From the NCBI GenBank assembly GCA_965649765.1, contig OZ287750.1:7378001-7442000 (forward strand): a stretch of DNA of 64,000 nt. Reading direction: 5' to 3'. Shown here piece after piece: positions 56,498-64,000 of the stretch; within the stretch, counting starts at the first letter, position 1; each line of letters starts with the position of its first letter. This stretch comes from Bispira polyomma (taxonomy: Eukaryota). Both the position numbers and the translations under genes were made by a program. Under the pieces are notes generated by a model. The model searched no databases, was not told the DNA's origin, and saw nothing but the letters and a program-made list of their open reading frames with translations.

Positions 56498-57829
56498 CTA
56501 TTGCGTTGTGGTAGTAGGTGCTGGCTTCCCGTGAAGCTTAAAACATTGGATTTCAGGATGGGGGTTAGCTCTTTTATTCAGCTTGTAGCAATTGGCACAG
56601 ATGTGTCGATACGTCATCGAGCCGTTCTCGTGATCAGCTTTGTGTTGGCATGTGTCTTTCTGGTAATGTCGATATGGGAGCTCATTTTTCTTATGATCTG
56701 CGTTGGTGTTTGAAGAGCCTGAATGAGAAATGAGGGCCTGCGAATATGACAAACGATTCATGGTCCACCTGGCCTCGTCTGACCAAGTTAACCGACCTTC
56801 TTCAATGTCATGCATATTTTGTGCATATGCACCCCTGGCTACCTGCCAGGAAATGTTGCTCGCGTCTTTCAGGGTATCCCCTAATTGACGTAACATAGCT
56901 CGAGATGTGACTGGATTTTTTGTTTCTAATATGTTTTGAATTTGGCCACTGGCGAATTGGGCGACAGTTAAGTCGTCGTATGTTGCCCGCTTCTTGAGGA
57001 CTCCAGTTAGACATTCTTCGTTGGGCCACCGTAATACAGGATCAGAGGAACAAATTTCGGACACGTTATAACGACCTGATTTCTTTTTGGTGTGAAGCTT
57101 ACCATGCAAGTGATCCCCTGTGGCCCAGGCTTCATACTGGGCGAGTCTTCTATTGACTTCCTCCTGGATGAGGGACGAGTGTCTTAAGACATCTGTAGTG
57201 GGCATGATAAGATCACTAGTGACTTCCTGTGTCGGGTTAGCCGGAAGCGTTGTGTGAGCGACGCCTAAGGTTGATAGGCTGTGAGATTGAGCGATATCAC
57301 CTGGTAAACTTGTTTGTTGTAGAAAACTTTGTGGTTGGAGAGTTGTCCTCGGGATGACCTGCCTTGGAGCTGGGATAGGCCGAGGACGTGGGTATTCAGT
57401 TGCTGGTATAGGACCTAACTGAGGGCTTTGTGGCATATGTGCCGTATTCTGTAACACTGGGTGTGGTTGGTTATTACTAGTCGACTTCATTTCTGAAACG
57501 TCTTGCTCTAACTTAGAAACGGTTTTCAGTAGCGAATCCATCATGGTTTATTGTCGTAGAAATAACTCTTGATAAACAGTGTCACTACTCACGCTAGTTG
57601 TTGAACTGCACCCTAAATTTGCTTCTTCTGTCGTTGACTCATTATCTGTATCTAGGTGCATGTCTGTGTCTGTGTTGGCAGCCATGTCTTGCGGTGAACG
57701 TGTACATCTGTTACCCACTGGTCTGGCATGAGATGTTAAACACTTTGAACACGATACTCCAGATTGTATTTTCTTTTTTCCCCTACCCATGATACAAATT
57801 TTACCCGCACTATTGCTATTGTGTTTCAA
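56498..57829 (-). pseudogene. Ngaro gag-like ORF1 (split by a stop at ~57548)
   Basis: N-terminal CSKC..H..C, coiled-coil and Pro-rich linker, C-terminal Cys/His knuckle (C..HKADH..HICANC..H...C), placed between A1 and RT. Confidence 0.75.
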
Positions 57830-58657
57830 ATATCGTTATATAGAATGTGAATAATTTTAAAACGTTTTAAAATGGGTAAGATGTTAAAAACTTGTTACAT
57901 AAAATACTAAAATCACTAAAATCCAATATGGCTTCCAGTAGAAGAAAAAGTACATATGTTTACTGCTTGCTTCCAAGCTTAAGAATGATTACACAAAGAA
58001 AAGGCGGCAAAAAAAACCCCAGTAAACAAATTGTTGATTCAACCTCTGATTGGTGTTTACGTTGCTACACACTTAAGTCACCAATCAATACAGTAAGGTA
58101 CATAAAATTGGAATACAGTAAAGACTTATTATAATGACTGAAGGGCCATGCTAGTGAACTTGCAGTGACGTCTACATGGGGTGATGTATACAACTATCTT
58201 AGCATGGATAAACTTTAGAATCGAATCGATCGACTATTTATCTTATTCAGCATTGATCTCCATCTTGAAATCCACGAGGCATTTGTTTTGATCAGTATTT
58301 TAGTAGATGGTGAATATTTTTCGCCCATGTTCATTAGCAACCAGACAGAATATATCTTTACAATTGGCTACCCAGTAGCATTCTTTTAAGGACAACTGTA
58401 AATTTAACTCTAATGTTTTGCTATTAATGCTCCAGGTTTTAAATCTCTGAGAAAGTTACTGGCTTGGAAATCTTAGAGCAGATTAAGAGTGTTTATCATT
58501 CATATCACTTGTACTTTTACAACTATTGTCGCTAATCCCGTTAGCAGTAGTGTCTTTAGTGGTGAAATACACAGTGTCCAGAGGTTTCGCTGTATTTCTA
58601 ATCTGCTGTATAGTTATTTTGCTGCTAAAATTCGGGGTTTCACTAGATACATATTTT

Positions 58658-60290
58658 AACTAGACCTGGTGCATCGGAAAACCGATGCATATTTGTATCC
58701 ACCAGAAGGTGAAATCTGACCACGACCAATAATAAGCAAGATATAGGCAATTTAAGTTTAGCCATCTGCATTTTACCTTGACCGAGGGGCCGAAGGTCAA
58801 ATTGGACCACATCAAAAGATTCCCAGGCCTTGATTTCCTATAGGTTGGTTTAGTACTCCAAACCTCTAGGACAAATAGTAAGTAAGATATAGGCACTTTT
58901 AAGTTTGGTCATCCGCATTTGGCCTTGAACGATGGTCCCAAGACCAAAAATAAGCGAGATATAGGCACATTTAGGTTTGGCCATCCCTGTTTGATCTTAA
59001 AGGAGAGGCCCATTCTCAAGGGGCCAGGTCAAATCTAAGCACATCAAAAGATTCCCTGGTCATGATTTCCTATACTTTAGTTTCATATTCCAAACCTCTA
59101 GGACTTGTAAGAAGCGAGATATAGGCACACTAAAGTTTAGCCATCCGCATTTTGACCTTAAACAAAAAGAGGCCCAAGGTCAAATCTGAGCACATCAAAA
59201 GATTCCCTGATCATGATTTCCTATAGGTTGGTTCCGCATCCCAAACCTGTACGACCAATAATAAGCGAAATATAGGCACTTTTAAGTTTAGCCATCCGCA
59301 TTTGACCTTAAAGGAGAGGGCCAAAGTCAAATCTGAGCACATCAAAAGATTCCTTGGTCATGATTTCCTACAGGTTGGTTTCAGATCCCAAACCTCTAGG
59401 ACCAATATTAAGGAGATATAGGCACTTTTGAGTTTAGCCATCCACATTTGACCTTGAACAAAGGGCCCAAAGTTAAATCAGAGCACGTCAAAATATTCCC
59501 AGCCCATGATTTTCTATAGGTTATTTTGGCACTCCAAACCTCTGGAACCAATAATAAGTGAGATATAGGTACTTTTAAGTTTGGCCATCCGCATTTAACC
59601 TTGAACGAGGGGCTCAAGGTCAAATCGGACAACATCAAAAGATTCCCAGCCCATGATTTTCTATAGGTTGGTTTCACATCGGAAACCCGTTTGACAAAAA
59701 ATAAGCGAGATATAAACACTTTTGTTTGGCCATCTCTGTTTGACCTTGAAGGAGAGGCCCAAGGTCAAATCTGAGCATATTAAAAGATTCCCTGATCATG
59801 ATTGCCTATAGGTTGGTTTCACATCCCAAACCTCTATGACAAAAAATAAGCGAGATATAGGTACTTTTAAGTTTGGCCATCTGCATTTGACCTTGAACAA
59901 GGGGCCCAAGGTCAAATCGGACCACCTCAAAAGATTCCCAGGCCATGATTTCCTATAGGTTGGTTTCAGATCCCAAACCTCTAGGACCAATATTAAGTGA
60001 GATTTGGGACTTTGGGGAAGTTTGGCCAAAATCAGTCTCTTGGTTTACTTTGGCACTCTGGATGACCTTAAACGAGGAGATTCAAGGTCAAATATCTGCA
60101 TGGTTATACAGGACATATATATCCATTAAACATATGACCCGTAAAGAGATTCAACTTTCTACAGCTGAAAAACAGACACAGTAAAAAGCCTGATTATTCT
60201 AGTGGCGACCATCTTGTTTTTCAAAATGAGGCCAAAATTACTCCAAGGCAAGTTTTTTGTAATGAAGAACATATTCTGTAAATTTCCGGA
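58658..60290 (-). mobile_element. Helitron/Helentron-like element carrying a ~146-bp satellite array (58710-60005)
   Basis: The minus strand ends with hairpin TGCATCGG-TTTT-CCGATGCA then CCAGGTCTAG|TT. About 9 units of AATAAGCGAGATATAGGCAC..GACCTTG..GGTCAAATC..CACATCAAAAGATTCCC..CATGATTTCCTATAGGTTGG. The far boundary is uncertain. Confidence 0.7.
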
Positions 60291-61659
60291 GCCTAGGTGT
60301 AAACAATTACAAGTATCAAGTTATTTATTTTTTGACGTTTCCTTGAAAAGTTCATTCAATTGAATGGCTCTATTTATATGAATACTTGACCTACTATTTT
60401 CGTTTTGGTATCATTAGAAAGCTGTTATTATGTCCTTTATGATATACATTTCCAAGTTAAATTCAAATAAATGATAAAGCATTGAGATTTAAATTACGAC
60501 TGTATATTTAATTTGTTAAAAATACATGTTTTTAGAGTGAATGTCATTGATTAAATGTTTATATCTCAGTAAATGTAGGTGATACGGATTTTCAGATAAT
60601 ATATTCCTCAAGGTAGATAAATATGCTTCCTGGTACTTTTTACGAAATGAAAATATATTGTATATAATAGCTGAACCGCGAACCAACCCAAAACAGCAGT
60701 GAAAAGGTCATACAGCGAATCATCTGGTAATCAAATACGCCAATATGATACTGTGCAGTACATGTTTAGCAGGGAATGTGTTTTATGTATACCATAGATA
60801 ATTGAATTGTATATAGACACCTTTACACGTTTACATACGACAATGTAGTATGTCAATTTGTGAATGTCCATGTTTTTGAATAAATGAAACTACAGTTGAT
60901 TTTTTATCAATACTGATGCAATTTCTGATGGAAGTCACACACTCTTTAGTACTACTTCATACAGCAGACATACAATAATTTGTCGTTATAAATGGCATGG
61001 TCATACAATGCCCAAGTTTTCAAGTTTTTCACTGAAAGGTATGTTTCAAACTATTAGATAATGTTTCTAGATTGTGTAATTTGTTTAGGCAGATGTGTAT
61101 TTCAGGCCAGAGTAAACAGTACATGTTAGCATTATTTATAGCTACTGATGGTCACAAGTCCCAACTTATGAAGAATTAAAACAAAGACTTCGTTTACTTC
61201 TGAACTAACATGATACATCTTAAGATGTATATCAGTTTCTCAAGTTTGAGACCATGAAAGTATGATTTTGCAAAACCAAGGATTGTAAGTAGATAAATAT
61301 GGGTAAACTATACCAGGTTTATTTTGCCTCATACTTACAAAAATGTTTACCCCGTTTATTCAAGGGTCCAGCTTCTGCATCTTTTTAGACACTAACCTTT
61401 TGTACCATTGAATGGATGGACAACAAATTAAGATTTCTAATTGTTGCATAAATACATTGTAACATTTAAAATGAGGATTGAGTTTGAGTAAAACTGTTGT
61501 ACTTCTCAAAGTACACTGGTCAAAATGAAATAGGACTTTGTCATATAAATGTAGGTAATTTTAAAAGTGTGGAGAGAAGACCTTTAGTGAATATGGCCCA
61601 TACAACAAAAACTGATAAATCTACGATACCTCATGATTTCATTGGATTTTGGCACGATG

Positions 61660-61800
61660 GGCAGTTTTAATGCTGGAGGAAGCCAGTGTAGAATAACTAC
61701 TTGGTTAAGATTCTACACTGAAAACCAGCGACCATTGGCAAATAGCTAAATAAGCCCTTGTCGAGATTTAAACCAGAACCAGAGGTGAAGAGCCCCCATA
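61660..61800 (-). mobile_element. SINE fragment
   Basis: The reverse complement contains GGTTTAAATCTCGAC..GGTCGCTGGTTT..GTAGAAT.TTAACCAAGTAGT..ACACTGG, like 31530-31630. Confidence 0.55.
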
Positions 61801-64000
61801 AATAACTCATGTAAACTTGTTCTAAACTCAAAAGTAAATCACCCAACAATTAGCCTTAACTAGAAACTTTATGACGTACACAGGTTAGGCTAACGACATA
61901 CACTAACAAGATAATACTATTATCATTAAGGACTTAGGATTTCAAATCATTAGCAAGGAAACCTCGTAAACTTTTTACAATTGATTTTCATTATAACCCA
62001 GGCTGTTGAGAGTAAAACTGATGGTAAATGGTTATCAATCAGCTTTTTAAGTGAGCTAAATGGGATTATCTAGTTTTCAGATGTGCACTTGTTTTGGCGA
62101 ATAACTTATGGTGTCAACTTCTTGATAATGGAAGCCATCAAGATCTGGTGTCAAGGTTTGGATTCATGCTCTTGGCAATATGTTAGAATGTGATTGTCAA
62201 TATAGGAGATTTTGAATGTGGTGAACAAGCTAGATCAATACATCATGAACCATTTGTTTCTAAAGAATTACCCTTAAGCAAGGACAAAAATGTGTTTCTT
62301 CCTGGTATAAAAATATCGAAGTACAAGAACTTGTAGTCGCCTGAAGTGAAACTTAAAAGACAAGAATTATATTCTTAATTTTTATTCAGAATCTTACAAC
62401 AGTTACGAAAATGTCTATCATGAAAACATAAACTGACCTATTTGTTTTGCATAATCTTTGTACAAAGTATTTATAACAGAGTGAACATAAGTAATGTTTT
62501 CATTAAAATAGCTTTCTAAATATGAACACACAACGTCTCAACATGCCTGTGGGTTCAAAATATGGAAGAACGAATGTTCTCCTACACTTCTGCTTAGATG
62601 TGGAAAAAGTTTACACAGGTAGTTCACAGACATGAAGTACCTAGGACACGTACAAAAGTAATGAAGCAGAAAGCATATAATCTGTGATAAAGCCTTATGA
62701 AGACAACCTCTTTGTAAACCAGAACTAGCCATGACGTTATATTAATATGTAGAATTTATTACACAAAGTGTGTACATTATATACCTTCAAATCTTTGATC
62801 CACAAACATTTAACCAATTTGAGTTCAAAATCAAATACAGCATATATTACCAATTCCATTAAGTGTGGAAGCACTTATTTGACACATTTCGTTCTAGCTT
62901 CTAAAAATTTGGATTATTTCTGGCAGTTAATTCGATCTATAACCACACCTACTGACCCCTCTTAATGGTAAATCCCCCCCCCCCTCCTCCCTAGTCATTG
63001 TTTTTCCCCCATCAAACATTAACACAAATCCTTGCAAGGTTCATTAGGTGCATTGATGTCAGAAACTTCAAAAGAAACCATTTTTACAGAAACATTTCTA
63101 ATTAAAATAGCATTGTTTTAGGCAAGTTGGTGATGTGTGGTTAAATTTATTCCAGTTGTCTTGTAAACATTTTAATAATGTCGAAAAAATAACGATGAAT
63201 TCAAAAACCTATGACAAATTTTATGTGATACAAATCAGAGGAGCTATCTTACATAAAATGACCTAATGTGACATGTTCTTCTTTTCTTTTCATTTTCCTA
63301 TAATGGTTTGAGATCACATGGTAGTCAAACAATTGTATTCTAAACAATCTCAAAATTATGAACTATATTCCCATCAAATAATAAACAGCAGTAAGCTTTT
63401 GGTATTTGTACAAAGTAAATAATGGACCTACTTTGTGCCATTTCAATAAATTGTTGATGTTCAAGTCGGAACCTATTTCTAGAAACACTGACAAATTTAT
63501 ACAAAACTCACCATTATTTAACTATTTATATTTATTACAGCCATTCACTTTGTGACATTAAAGCCTTTCTAGTAACTTTAAAATAAGTTTGATGCACAAC
63601 TGCAGTATTAAATTTTAGAATGAAGGCCTCCATAGTTTTCTTATAACTAACACAAAGACCCCACCATTACAGTCCAATATGCAAGAAATAAATGTAGAAA
63701 ACAGTATATAATATGGTACTATAAACTTTTAAAAAATTAATATGGACTCCTTAAAATCACAATTTCCCTTAAATAGAGTTAATGCAAATAAATAGCATAA
63801 CAAATTTTTCATGTTTGAATTACGGTATATAAAACGATATTTACAAATAAATCACAAATGCCAAGAAATGTACATGAATTGCTTTTAAATAAATTATTTA
63901 TAAACATGGATGCTATTAAATAATAAATATGAAGCAAATCAATAACAAAGTAATTATACAGAATATTTTTTCTACAATAGTTAATTTTATTTTGGCATCT

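Larger units (their letters stand above)
44793..58176 (-). mobile_element. Ngaro-type tyrosine-recombinase retrotransposon with split direct repeats (A1-ORFs-B1-A2-B2)
   Basis: A1 at ~57941-58176 matches A2 at ~45116-45350. B2 at 44793-45041 matches B1 at 45346-45498 plus 52658-52732 (split by the LINE). gag, RT/RNaseH and YR ORFs lie on the - strand. CTACA occurs at both termini and at the internal A2/B1 junction. Confidence 0.93.

Noticed and set aside
58660-60184. Repeated 77-103 aa ORFs (KPTYRKSW..)
   Set aside because: Translations of the satellite units.
60300-64000. Possible gene or 3' UTR of a convergent neighbour
   Set aside because: No convincing exon or ORF is visible; AT-rich sequence with a SINE remnant only.

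Overview
AT-rich animal genomic DNA; the repeat content suggests a mollusc or other invertebrate (inference). The window holds a complete 38-exon IFT172 gene on the + strand (6789-43665). Hand-spliced at GT-AG sites it gives 5259 nt, or 1752 aa plus stop. Its introns carry tRNA-derived SINEs, several MITEs, Helentron/HINE-like elements and a near-intact hAT transposon (38677-41825, 8-bp TSD). Downstream is a three-level nest: a Ngaro-type tyrosine-recombinase retrotransposon with split direct repeats (44793-58176, - strand) contains a 5'-truncated L1/Tx1-like LINE, which contains a DIRS1-type element with inverted termini. A Helitron-like element carrying a ~146-bp satellite follows. The most unusual feature is in IFT172: at least 11 of its 74 splice junctions are locally duplicated into the adjacent intron, each unit carrying exon edge, splice site and intron edge. 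This builds arrays of decoy donors and acceptors, often decaying with distance from the exon. All coordinates were read by eye and edges of degenerate repeats are approximate.
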